Assembly: GCA_023247445.1 (NCBI GenBank)
Contig: JAHFGL010000002.1
Span: 553-64,552, forward strand
Length of the DNA: 64,000 nucleotides
Direction: 5' to 3'
Origin: Candidatus Omnitrophota bacterium
GTDB taxonomy: Bacteria; Omnitrophota; Gorgyraeia; Zapsychrales; Zapsychraceae
Both the position numbers and the translations under genes were made by a program. The notes below the pieces were generated by a model that ran no database searches, was not told the DNA's origin, and saw nothing but the letters and a program-made list of their open reading frames with translations. Below, in pieces: positions 33,459 through 44,069 of the stretch (position 1 is its first letter; every line of letters starts with the position of its first letter).

Positions 33459-36400
33459 ATGAGAAAAAATTTCGCAACTAAGTTACAAAGAATCTTAAGT
33501 ATGAATGTGGCGGTATTTATTTTATTAATTTATTCAGGGGTTTCTTCCTCTGTAAGCACATTTAACTTACGTCATGTTGGCTCGACCCCGATCGAAATTG
33601 TTGTCAGTTGGGATCAGGTCTCTAATGCAGAGAAATACATCTTACAGCGAAGCACCAGTTCCTCATTTAATCCTGTGGATGCTGAATTTCAGTTTTCCAA
33701 AACAATTTTAGCTTATGGAGACACGGGCCATAGTAATCCAGCTGAGCCTATGCGGTTTAAGGAAAGGGAAAAATCACTCTTATTATTGTCTCCTGAGGTG
33801 GATTATTATTATCGGGTTTTCGCTTATGATCTTAATAATAATCTATTAGCGGAAAGTACGTCTGTATTTGCTAAGCCAGACGCTGGATCCCTAACAGATG
33901 CTTCAGGGCAGAGACCTGTTATTGAAGGAGATCTTCGAGCTGATATTGTCCTTGGGCAACCTAATTTTCTTGAGTTTAATGAGCTTCAACCAAATGCCAA
34001 TGGTGGCGTCAATATCGGAGGAGTTGTCGTTGATAAATCAATTCCTGGGCAAGATCGTTTATATATACTTGATGCAAATCATAATCGTGTTTTAGGTATG
34101 CCTTCAATCAATCCGGATTCTGGTGCTACTTCAGCTACGATTGTTTTAGGGCAACCAAATTTTGAATCGGCAGCATGTAATGGCGATATGACCTACGACG
34201 GTTATCCTACTAAAAGAAATCCAAAAGAAGATACTTTATGTTTTGCTGAGCCGGGCGAAAAGAGTCCTAGAGAAGTCGTGGTTTGGTCAATCATGAGTGT
34301 TGATTTGGATGGTAATTTGTATGTCGCAGACTTCTTAAATCAACGTGTTTTAAAGTATGTAAAGCCATTTGAAACAAATATGGTTGCAGATGAGGTTTGG
34401 GGGCAAGGAGAAGGTGTGGATAAGTTTACATCCAATACTTGTAATAAAGAAGGGCTCAGTGCTTCGTCTCTTTGTTTGCTTAAAGGATTTCCTATGGATC
34501 ATATGACGGCCAGTGTTCATATCGACCGAAATGGTAATTTATGGGTTGTGGATTTAGGTAATCGTAGAGTTTTAAGATACCCAAAAATTGGCAATGAAAT
34601 TTCTAAGATAGCGGATTTGGTTTTGGGTCAGGATAATTTTACGACCATCAAAGAAAACATCCCTGTTGATAGTCTTAAGTATTTGTATTACCCAAAATTT
34701 GTTGTCAGCGATGAGTCATCAGGGGACATTTATGTAGGCGATCAAGGAGATGAAACTCATCCTACGAGGATTTTAAAGTATGCTGCAGAAAATATTCCAT
34801 TAGCAGGACAAGGTGGAGAGAGTGCATTAACTGCTCAAGAGATTATATTTGGAAATACTTCTACGTTACCAAATCAGACAAACAATCATTGGCGAATTAC
34901 TAGCTTATCCTATGATTCGACAAGGCATGGCCTGTGGATTCAGGCAGAGGGGAAGAATTATCTTTATAATTTTTTAAATAATAGTGTAACTAAAATTGTT
35001 CTCTCTGGATATGACCCCCGGGGAGTGGATGTTGATTCTAGGGGAAATCTTATCACTGTAGGATCCTATGATGACCTTCGTGATGTCAATTTATTTTTGG
35101 CAACGGATATTGATAACGTAAATGTAACTGCTCAGAACCCTCTCACTTCAGATAATAGAAAGAATATTTTTAGAACTGGCCCTTCATTAGTGATGGATCA
35201 CGGGTTAAGTGGTTTAAAGAATGTTACTGGGTTGACTATTGCTGGGAATCAGTTGGTAATTAGCGATTTTGGTCGACTTCTTTTTTGGAATGATTACCGT
35301 ATTCTTTCTACAGGTCAATCAGCCGATGGGGAATGGGCTTATGGTTATGATAAGAATATGGCTTCTCCAAGAGTCGATGCGCAAAATAGATTGTGGTTTT
35401 CAAGTCTTTTGCCACTTAATTCGGATGTTCCCACTCAAGGTGAAAATTGTTCAGAAGAGTCTTGCCTGCATGCGGTGTTGCTTCCTCTGGCACCCGACTC
35501 ATCTTTAGTTAAGAGTTTTCCAATAAATAAAGTTGAATTACGAGCTAAAAGAAAATTTATGACTGGCATTGAATATCAGGATTTTATACGGTTTTATCCA
35601 TCAACGGATCGAAGTGGAAATGGGGTTTTATGGATTGCTACACACAATAAAGGTGTATTTCGTTTAGTAAATATTAATAAAGAAAAGGATGCGAGTCGTG
35701 GTCCATATGTTGATGTTGTCTTGGGTCGGGCAAATAAGTTAGATCAGGTCTGTTCTTCTGAGGCAGGTTATAATCCAACCGCCAGTACTATCTGTAACGC
35801 TAATGATGTCCGTGTTGATTCGGAAGGGAATGTATGGGTTGTCGATAAACCTTACGGAGAGGATGAGGAATTTACTAGATTACTTATGTTTTCATCTATT
35901 TCGATTCCTGATTCTGATGATATTCGCCATGAAACAGTGTTTGGCATTCCAGCTTCTAAGGTCTATGGGACCGGAGGTGATTTTCTGCGCCGAACGAATC
36001 CAGAATTAGATGTTGATGCGAGCCCTTTTGTTCCATCTATTTCGACAGAAAAAAGATCAATGATATTAGATACTCATTATGATGACTCAATCTTTCCTTT
36101 GGTTTATTTAGATTATGATAATGTCAATATCCCGCAATTTTCTCTAGGAGACGCAACTATGTTTGGCATTGATTCTACCTTTGATCCCGAGGGTAATTTT
36201 TATATGGGGGACAAGGTTTGGAATCGTGTGCTTATTTATAAAAAGCCGTTACTAAACGTTACCAAATATAATCATCCTCCTCAATTAAATATGCCCAATC
36301 AGATTCCTGTTATTGAAGGGGTAAATATTTCATTTCAAGTAACGGGTTATGATTTAGATGGAGACATATTTACTGTTTCTGCAAACGGATTGCCTTTAGG

Positions 36401-37367
36401 GGCGCATTTTGACCCTGTAACTCGACGATTTGACTGGACGCCCACATTGGAGCAAGCTGGCACTTATCAAATTACCTTTCAGGCCTCTGACACAAAAGGG
36501 GGCATTTCCACAAACAGCATTTCGATCACCGTAATAGATAGTGTGCTTTTATCGCCAAGTAATTTGTCGGCTAGGACATTGAATACACCGGTTGTTGGAT
36601 TAACTTGGGTTGATAATTCTAATTGTGAAAATTCTTTTAGTATTGAGCAAAGCGTGGATGGAATTAATTATCAAGTGGTGGGAAGTGCCTCTGCCAATAC
36701 TACCTCTTATAATGTACAACCGAGCGTAATGAACCAAACTCTTTATTATCGTGTTCGAGCTATGCGAGGCAGCATGGGATCAGACCCTTCTGATGCGATT
36801 GCTGTTAATGATCCTCTCTATGTAAAAGTAGTCGAAAAAGGAACAGGGACTCCTTTGGCGTTTATTCAGGTATCTTTGCGGGGAGTAAGAGCAAGTGATG
36901 GGAAATTAATTAAAGTTCAAGGACTGACGGACGCTGATGGCTATGTTGTTTTAAGAAACGTAACTTCTCCGAAATTCAATTATCGAGTAAGGGGTAAAGC
37001 GATAAGACTCGAAGCGAAGTATCAAATCAAGACCATGACCGTTACAGATATCAATCACCTTATTTCTATGGAAGGAGCATTAAGTGGCGTTGGTCAGGGT
37101 TCTCAAACCGGTCAATTTACTTTAGATGGATATGTTACTAGCTCGGATGAAACTTTTGCGATTGCCGACGCGGAAATTGCATTGATACAACTAGATGGGG
37201 CCAAGATTCGTTTAACGGTCAGAAGCGGTAGTGATGGATATTTTGCATTTAATAATTTGAAAAATGGTCGGTATAGGGTTGTGGTTACTAAAAAGGGTTA
37301 TCGATTTAATGAGCAGACAGATATTATTAATAATGAAAACTTCGAGATGAATTTTATAGCGAAATAA
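33459..37367 (+). CDS. giant secreted NHL-repeat beta-propeller protein with He_PIG Ig-like domain, FN3 and C-terminal CarboxypepD_reg-like domains
   Basis: GNLYVADFLNQRVLKY and GNLWVVDLGNRRVLRY NHL blades; the HPPQLNMPNQIPVIEG...DLDGD Ig-like module; C-terminal beta-sandwich repeats. The start is taken at ATG 33459 (RBS AGGTGGGG). Confidence 0.8.
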   Translation: MRKNFATKLQRILSMNVAVFILLIYSGVSSSVSTFNLRHVGSTPIEIVVSWDQVSNAEKYILQRSTSSSFNPVDAEFQFSKTILAYGDTGHSNPAEPMRFKEREKSLLLLSPEVDYYYRVFAYDLNNNLLAESTSVFAKPDAGSLTDASGQRPVIEGDLRADIVLGQPNFLEFNELQPNANGGVNIGGVVVDKSIPGQDRLYILDANHNRVLGMPSINPDSGATSATIVLGQPNFESAACNGDMTYDGYPTKRNPKEDTLCFAEPGEKSPREVVVWSIMSVDLDGNLYVADFLNQRVLKYVKPFETNMVADEVWGQGEGVDKFTSNTCNKEGLSASSLCLLKGFPMDHMTASVHIDRNGNLWVVDLGNRRVLRYPKIGNEISKIADLVLGQDNFTTIKENIPVDSLKYLYYPKFVVSDESSGDIYVGDQGDETHPTRILKYAAENIPLAGQGGESALTAQEIIFGNTSTLPNQTNNHWRITSLSYDSTRHGLWIQAEGKNYLYNFLNNSVTKIVLSGYDPRGVDVDSRGNLITVGSYDDLRDVNLFLATDIDNVNVTAQNPLTSDNRKNIFRTGPSLVMDHGLSGLKNVTGLTIAGNQLVISDFGRLLFWNDYRILSTGQSADGEWAYGYDKNMASPRVDAQNRLWFSSLLPLNSDVPTQGENCSEESCLHAVLLPLAPDSSLVKSFPINKVELRAKRKFMTGIEYQDFIRFYPSTDRSGNGVLWIATHNKGVFRLVNINKEKDASRGPYVDVVLGRANKLDQVCSSEAGYNPTASTICNANDVRVDSEGNVWVVDKPYGEDEEFTRLLMFSSISIPDSDDIRHETVFGIPASKVYGTGGDFLRRTNPELDVDASPFVPSISTEKRSMILDTHYDDSIFPLVYLDYDNVNIPQFSLGDATMFGIDSTFDPEGNFYMGDKVWNRVLIYKKPLLNVTKYNHPPQLNMPNQIPVIEGVNISFQVTGYDLDGDIFTVSANGLPLGAHFDPVTRRFDWTPTLEQAGTYQITFQASDTKGGISTNSISITVIDSVLLSPSNLSARTLNTPVVGLTWVDNSNCENSFSIEQSVDGINYQVVGSASANTTSYNVQPSVMNQTLYYRVRAMRGSMGSDPSDAIAVNDPLYVKVVEKGTGTPLAFIQVSLRGVRASDGKLIKVQGLTDADGYVVLRNVTSPKFNYRVRGKAIRLEAKYQIKTMTVTDINHLISMEGALSGVGQGSQTGQFTLDGYVTSSDETFAIADAEIALIQLDGAKIRLTVRSGSDGYFAFNNLKNGRYRVVVTKKGYRFNEQTDIINNENFEMNFIAK

Positions 37368-37526
37368 ATATAGGTAAATATAAAGACACGTACCTTTTTT
37401 CGTTAAGGTATGTGTTTCTATTTAGTTTTCCTACTTAATTCCTCTTGACAACAACGGCGCGTGGTTATATTTTACTTGGGTTTCGTTAGGATCATTCATC
37501 TATCAATTCAATGAGTTTAAATATAA

Positions 37527-38537
<1,011 letters not shown>

Positions 38538-38565
38538 GCATAGAAATTATTCTTCTTTAAATAAA

Positions 38566-38607
38566 CCCTCGAAATTAAACAAAAATTTCGGGGGTTTATT
38601 TTTTTAT
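38566..38607 (+). terminator. rho-independent terminator after gap
   Basis: CCCTCGAAATT-loop-AATTTCGGGGG followed by T-rich TTTATTTTTTT. Confidence 0.75.
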
Positions 38608-38680
38608 CCGCCTTCGCAGAAGACCACGGGCTTTGCCCGTGGGGCTCCATTATTTGTCCTAGTCTGTCCTGGACTGAGTC

Positions 38681-38709
38681 TTGACAGCCTTACATAATGT
38701 TTTATACTT
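38681..38709 (+). promoter_or_regulatory. sigma70 promoter TTGACA-16/17-TATACT upstream of the LVIVD giant gene
   Basis: Consensus hexamers are read directly. Confidence 0.55.
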
Positions 38710-38751
38710 TCCGCGTATTTCCCCAAGAATAAAAAAAGGATTATTATCTCG

Positions 38752-41700
38752 ATGAATAAAAAACTATTACGAAGAAATCTTTTTATTAGTTTAATTGTCT
38801 TATCCTTTTCCTTCCCATCGTACGCCGAGATTAATATCCAAGACATTGAATCACCCGCCCAAGTGGCGAGCCCCACACCTGATCCAGGCTATCAACAACA
38901 TTGGCAGCTAAAACAGCAACAGATGCTTCAACCAAGAAGTGTGGTGAGCGCTCAAGTGAGCACTCAGCCTTCCTTTGGAAAAGCAACCGGCGCTGGATTT
39001 AATGATACGAGTTTGTATTTTGCTGGAGATATTGCCGTCTCTATATTCTTTACCGCAGGCTTAGATGGCGCGTGGAATACCACCGATATGGAATCCACGA
39101 TTCAGAAAATTCGTAGCGCCTTAGATGAATTTAAAACAATTGAGCCCAATGCACGAATCAACTTTACCTATATTAAGGAAGTGGACGCATTAGGTAATCC
39201 AAAACCTTTTCCTGCAACACCACTCGAAGAAAGAGAATATGCCAACGATTTAAGAAATTTAAATAATACCCATTGGGCATTTTTGATTGTTATTAAAAAT
39301 GAATCTGGCGGTGTAACCAAACCAGCTTATTCTTTTGTGAATGGACCTTCAGTTCATCTTTACAAAAATCATTTGGATCCTTTAATTATCCGTCATGAAA
39401 CGATGCATATTTTTGGAGCGCTTGATCAATATATCCCGAGCTCAACGACCCAAGGACCGACGAACACCGCTGGATATTTAAATGTCGTCAATGCTAATAG
39501 TTTAACGAGTAGTGGCAAGGGTTTTTTTGCAGGCACAGGAGAAGGAAAATCTGATTTAATGATGTCGAGATTAAGTTCTACCATTGGAACGTATTCCCGA
39601 GGACAAGTTGGATGGAGGGATAGTGATGGCGATGGTATCTTTGATCCTCTAGATACAATCCCTGAAACAAAAATTTTATCTGTGACCGGCAATAATCCTT
39701 ATACCATTTTGGGAACGGTTGTGGATCAAGGTATTCCCAATGAATTAGAGAATGCCTTTGCTTTTTCAAGGGCCAGGGTTTCAGTTAATACGATTACACA
39801 AATTCAATTTCGTGTCGATAACGGCGTGTGGGTGGATGTTTTGGCTAGTGACGGTAATTTAAATTCTGGTAGGGAAGATTTTAATCTTACAATTCCCGCT
39901 TTACCCAAAGCAGCGCATACACTTGAAATTCGTGCCATCAATTCTGTCGGTAATATCGAAACATCTTATGCCAAAGAAAGAATTGTGGTGACGACAAGCT
40001 CTGTGACCATGATGCCGACTTTTAAAGCTTCGCCAATTAAACCTCTATTTAACGCCTTAACAGCTTCTTTTATTGTTACTCCTGAGAATTATCACGGTGA
40101 TAGTTTACCAACGTATACTGTTGCGTTAGATGCCAACACATCTTTTGATATGGAAGATCCTGTGTCCTCGCTTAAAGTGCGTTGGGATTTTGAGGGAGAT
40201 GGAATTTGGGATACAGGTTATTCGACTACTAAAACGATAAATTATAATTATTTATTAGATAAGTCATATGACCATACACTTTTTGCGACGTCGAATAATG
40301 CTTATGATGTCGCGGTGGCTGGCAACATGGCCTATGTGGCGGGTAATTCTTTAAAAGTTGTCAACATTGCTAATCCGGCGAGTCCGGTGCTTTTGAGTAC
40401 ACTTTCAACCGGAACGATATTAACGAATGTTTGTGTCGTCAATAATTATGTGTATTTGATAGATCAAGGCAGTCGGTTTTATGTGGTCGATGTGACTAAC
40501 CCGTTAGCTCCAGTTCTAAAAAATCCATCTGGCTTAAGCATGCCGGGATTAGCAACAAGTATGACGGCCATGGGTTCTTATGTTTATGTGGGGCTTTCGT
40601 TTCAAAGTGAGGTAAGGGTGATTAACGTTACTAATCCAGTTGCTCCAGTTATTGCTGGCCAAATTAACACGACTTTTTATGTTAATGACATTTTTGCTCT
40701 TAACAACAATTTGTATGTTATTTCTAATGGTTCTCTACAAATATTTAATATTTCTAATCCGTTGGCAGCAACATTAACAGGAAAATTAAGCGGGTTTATT
40801 GTTGCCAGTAAAATTTTTGTTAAAGGTTCTTTAGTTTATGTTGGTGATAATAACTTTGGTTTAAAGATTGTTAGCGCCAGTAACTTAGCCAGTCCACAGC
40901 TTGTCGGCAGCTACGCACTCGCTTCTCCGGTACCAGCTATTAATAGTCTTGTCGTGGTTGGTAACACGGCCATTCTTTCGCTGGGGAGCAAAACAATCAT
41001 GATGCTAGATGTTACTAATACGGCTAATCCTGTATTAATCGGTCAGAAAGAAATGGTTTCTTTTGCTTATGGCCTCGATGGGAACACTCAAAATGCTTAT
41101 CTGGCCAACGGCAGCAGTGGCTTAGCTATTTTTGATATGACCAAACAAGGCCTTGTGCCAACCACGTTAAGTAAGAAAATTTTGATGGAGGTGATGGACA
41201 CCGCTGGCAATATCGCTAAGACTTCACGCAATGTCTGGGCGGTAACTTATAATCATCCACCGAAAATTGACTCCATCGAAGCCACCGATACCCACGGCGT
41301 TCAATTTGAATTAGCGGGTGTTTATGCCAACAACTATCGACTTTCGATTCGAGACATGTTTACGACGGGTTCCTATTTATACATCCTTTATGAAGAATTG
41401 TTGAGTGTGGGTTCTCGTTATGGATTTCAAATCATTAATATTACAAATCCTTCTTCGCCATATCCTATTGCCAGCCCATATCTTAGTTCAATTGCGAATC
41501 GTGATGTTTTTGCCAGCGGAGATCTTGTGTATGTGGTGGATGATCATGGTTTAAAGATTTTTAATACATCGAATCCAAATCAAGTGATGGGGGCTTTTGC
41601 TAAAACAGGAGTTTTATTTGTTAAGGTGCAAGGGGCATACGCCTATTTAACGACTGAAAAGGAATTTTTGATTTTAAATGTTGGTAATCCAGCCAATCCT

Positions 41701-43533
41701 GTTTTAGTAGGGACGTATATATTTAGCCCAACGAATTTGCCTGCCAAAATTTCTGATGAGTGGATCGATGGGCGTTATGCTTATTTAGCCGATGCCACCT
41801 ATGGATTAAAAGTTATTGATACGATTGATCCCGCGAATCCAAAGTTGGTTGGCTTTCCACCGTATTATCCCAACGATATTATTTCCATCGACAACGGATA
41901 TCTTTACACGCGTGAGTCGGATATGATGAGAATTTATGATCTTATCAATCCTATTAATCCTCAATTTATAACAAACTATGGTCCGGTCACTGATCTTGCT
42001 AAAGGTTTTAAATTAGCCGATGTAATTTATTGTCCTGTTAAATTTAAAAAGATTATCCAAATGATCGATGTGTCGAACCCCCGTCAGCCAAGCTTTATGA
42101 AAGAATATACGGTTACAACAGATGTAGATCAGATGTGTGGTTTAACGGATAAGCTTTATGTTTCCATTCCTAACTACAGCACAAAGGCCTTGTTTTATAT
42201 TTTTAGCTCACGGGTTGGAAAATTGGCACAGATGCTCAGTGCCTCTGATCCAGATCAAGCAACGACATGGGATGGGTTACTAGAATACCGCTGGGATTTT
42301 AATAACGATGGCATTTGGGATACAGAATATGATCCAACCTATCAAACGATTATTTATCCTGATTTAAATGATAATGTTTTAGGGCAAACCCTTCTATGTG
42401 AAATTAAAGATCGTTTTCATGCAACAAAGAAGATGAGTTATTTTATTGCTCCTATTAATCATCGACCGACGCTCAATCCGATTAGTCCGCAATTTATCAA
42501 AGAGGGCGATTTGATCAATATTAAAATTACTGGAAGCGATCCTGATGATGATCCATTAACATATTCGGCGAGCGGGTTGCCGGTCGGCGCTAGCTTTGAT
42601 CAAAATACACAAATGTTTAGATGGCCGGCGAATTATGGTCAGGCGGGGCATTATTCCATTACATTTAATGTTGTTGATTCTAAAGGATTGGTCGCTGTGC
42701 CACAAACGATGTCCATTGATGTCGCCATCGTTAGCCCAACTGTTTTATTAACGTTAAATACAAATTCTACTTCTCCTGCCGCACTTTTTTCGTTAACGGT
42801 TTCGGGATCAACACCAGCCAAGCTGTCTTCTCTATATTGGGTGGTGGTTGATAAGAATAATCCTTCGAATACAAATATTCCTGGGACTGTTTATGGTGAA
42901 GCGCGCAATTTGGCTATGCCGCAAGATGTGGGGATGGGACTTGGTCAGACCGCTTATGTTCTTTCTCGGGCGGTAACAATTACCAATCCGGGAACATATG
43001 AAGTTCGAGCTTTTGCGCAAGATAGTTTATATGCGAGTTTGGGTGGAGCGCATCAAACCTCGGTTAGCCAAACAATCAGCGTTATCTCGCCGATTACTCG
43101 AAAATGGCTAGCCAATGGAAATTCAACTCGGTCACTCGATTTTGATTGGAAATTTTTGGTTAAAGTTTCAGACCCTCAAGCTAAAAAGATTGTAATCGCT
43201 GGATGGAAAACTGGTTATTCGGGTTTAGATGTTAATCTTTCAGGAGATCCTTTAGCCGCTAATTCCACAGCGAATTATAAAGTTGATTTGCAACCTACCA
43301 GCTGTACGATTACTGATAGTCCGTCGGCATGGAAGACAGACGCGTCATTAAAAAAGGCGTGTTATGTTATTCCTGTGAACATAAGTTGGACGGCCCCCAC
43401 AACGATAGGCGCTTCAGATTCATTATACTCCGCTTGCCAAATCCGCTATAACGCGTCCACGAAAAATATTGAGTATAAAGATTTCTCGGCAAGTTATGAT
43501 TGCGGCGTCGCTGTTTTTTCGATGAGTCAGTAA
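38752..43533 (+). CDS. giant secreted protein: N-terminal zincin-like metallopeptidase domain (HETMHIFGALD = HExxHxxGxxD, snapalysin-like), multiple LVIVD-repeat beta-propellers, and an Ig-like He_PIG domain
   Basis: Signal peptide; the HExxH motif at aa ~215; many YVAGNSLKVVNIANPASP and YVYLIDQGSRFYVVDVTNPLAP LVIVD repeats; INHRPTLNPI...DPDDDPLTY Ig-like module. Confidence 0.8.
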   Translation: MNKKLLRRNLFISLIVLSFSFPSYAEINIQDIESPAQVASPTPDPGYQQHWQLKQQQMLQPRSVVSAQVSTQPSFGKATGAGFNDTSLYFAGDIAVSIFFTAGLDGAWNTTDMESTIQKIRSALDEFKTIEPNARINFTYIKEVDALGNPKPFPATPLEEREYANDLRNLNNTHWAFLIVIKNESGGVTKPAYSFVNGPSVHLYKNHLDPLIIRHETMHIFGALDQYIPSSTTQGPTNTAGYLNVVNANSLTSSGKGFFAGTGEGKSDLMMSRLSSTIGTYSRGQVGWRDSDGDGIFDPLDTIPETKILSVTGNNPYTILGTVVDQGIPNELENAFAFSRARVSVNTITQIQFRVDNGVWVDVLASDGNLNSGREDFNLTIPALPKAAHTLEIRAINSVGNIETSYAKERIVVTTSSVTMMPTFKASPIKPLFNALTASFIVTPENYHGDSLPTYTVALDANTSFDMEDPVSSLKVRWDFEGDGIWDTGYSTTKTINYNYLLDKSYDHTLFATSNNAYDVAVAGNMAYVAGNSLKVVNIANPASPVLLSTLSTGTILTNVCVVNNYVYLIDQGSRFYVVDVTNPLAPVLKNPSGLSMPGLATSMTAMGSYVYVGLSFQSEVRVINVTNPVAPVIAGQINTTFYVNDIFALNNNLYVISNGSLQIFNISNPLAATLTGKLSGFIVASKIFVKGSLVYVGDNNFGLKIVSASNLASPQLVGSYALASPVPAINSLVVVGNTAILSLGSKTIMMLDVTNTANPVLIGQKEMVSFAYGLDGNTQNAYLANGSSGLAIFDMTKQGLVPTTLSKKILMEVMDTAGNIAKTSRNVWAVTYNHPPKIDSIEATDTHGVQFELAGVYANNYRLSIRDMFTTGSYLYILYEELLSVGSRYGFQIINITNPSSPYPIASPYLSSIANRDVFASGDLVYVVDDHGLKIFNTSNPNQVMGAFAKTGVLFVKVQGAYAYLTTEKEFLILNVGNPANPVLVGTYIFSPTNLPAKISDEWIDGRYAYLADATYGLKVIDTIDPANPKLVGFPPYYPNDIISIDNGYLYTRESDMMRIYDLINPINPQFITNYGPVTDLAKGFKLADVIYCPVKFKKIIQMIDVSNPRQPSFMKEYTVTTDVDQMCGLTDKLYVSIPNYSTKALFYIFSSRVGKLAQMLSASDPDQATTWDGLLEYRWDFNNDGIWDTEYDPTYQTIIYPDLNDNVLGQTLLCEIKDRFHATKKMSYFIAPINHRPTLNPISPQFIKEGDLINIKITGSDPDDDPLTYSASGLPVGASFDQNTQMFRWPANYGQAGHYSITFNVVDSKGLVAVPQTMSIDVAIVSPTVLLTLNTNSTSPAALFSLTVSGSTPAKLSSLYWVVVDKNNPSNTNIPGTVYGEARNLAMPQDVGMGLGQTAYVLSRAVTITNPGTYEVRAFAQDSLYASLGGAHQTSVSQTISVISPITRKWLANGNSTRSLDFDWKFLVKVSDPQAKKIVIAGWKTGYSGLDVNLSGDPLAANSTANYKVDLQPTSCTITDSPSAWKTDASLKKACYVIPVNISWTAPTTIGASDSLYSACQIRYNASTKNIEYKDFSASYDCGVAVFSMSQ

Positions 43534-44069
43534 TTAAGAGTCACGATCTATTCTTTCTATCCTAAGATTTTTTATCCATTTAAAGGAAACGGTTTCTCAA
43601 ATCTGCATTTACCCTCTTGTTTTCTACCAGCCCATGTGCAATATTTAAAACAAGCAGTTCAGAAAATTAAACAAAAAATAACAGAACACCAAAATACGAA
43701 GATCATGGTTATCTCTAAGTTAAGTTTACCTTTATATATAACAATCACTCAAAGCCTAATTCACCAGATAAGATATTTAGTATATATCTTTATCGGGAAT
43801 GTTTTACCGTTACGGCTTTTTGGGATTGCTTGTTTAGTTAAACGTATTTAGAGTAAGCACGATTTTCGGCAGCAAGGATTGAAGATGAACGTTTGGACCT
43901 TGTTACTGAGAAAAGAAACAAAAGTAATCAATAAAGAATTCTTAAGGAACCTATTTCTAGAAATTAGAAATAGGTTTTTTTGTTTAGTTCTTGGAAAAAG
44001 TCAACCATCGCCGATCCTTGTAAAAGATTGGTTTTTATTTCAACCAATGAACAATAGAGGAGAATTCAA

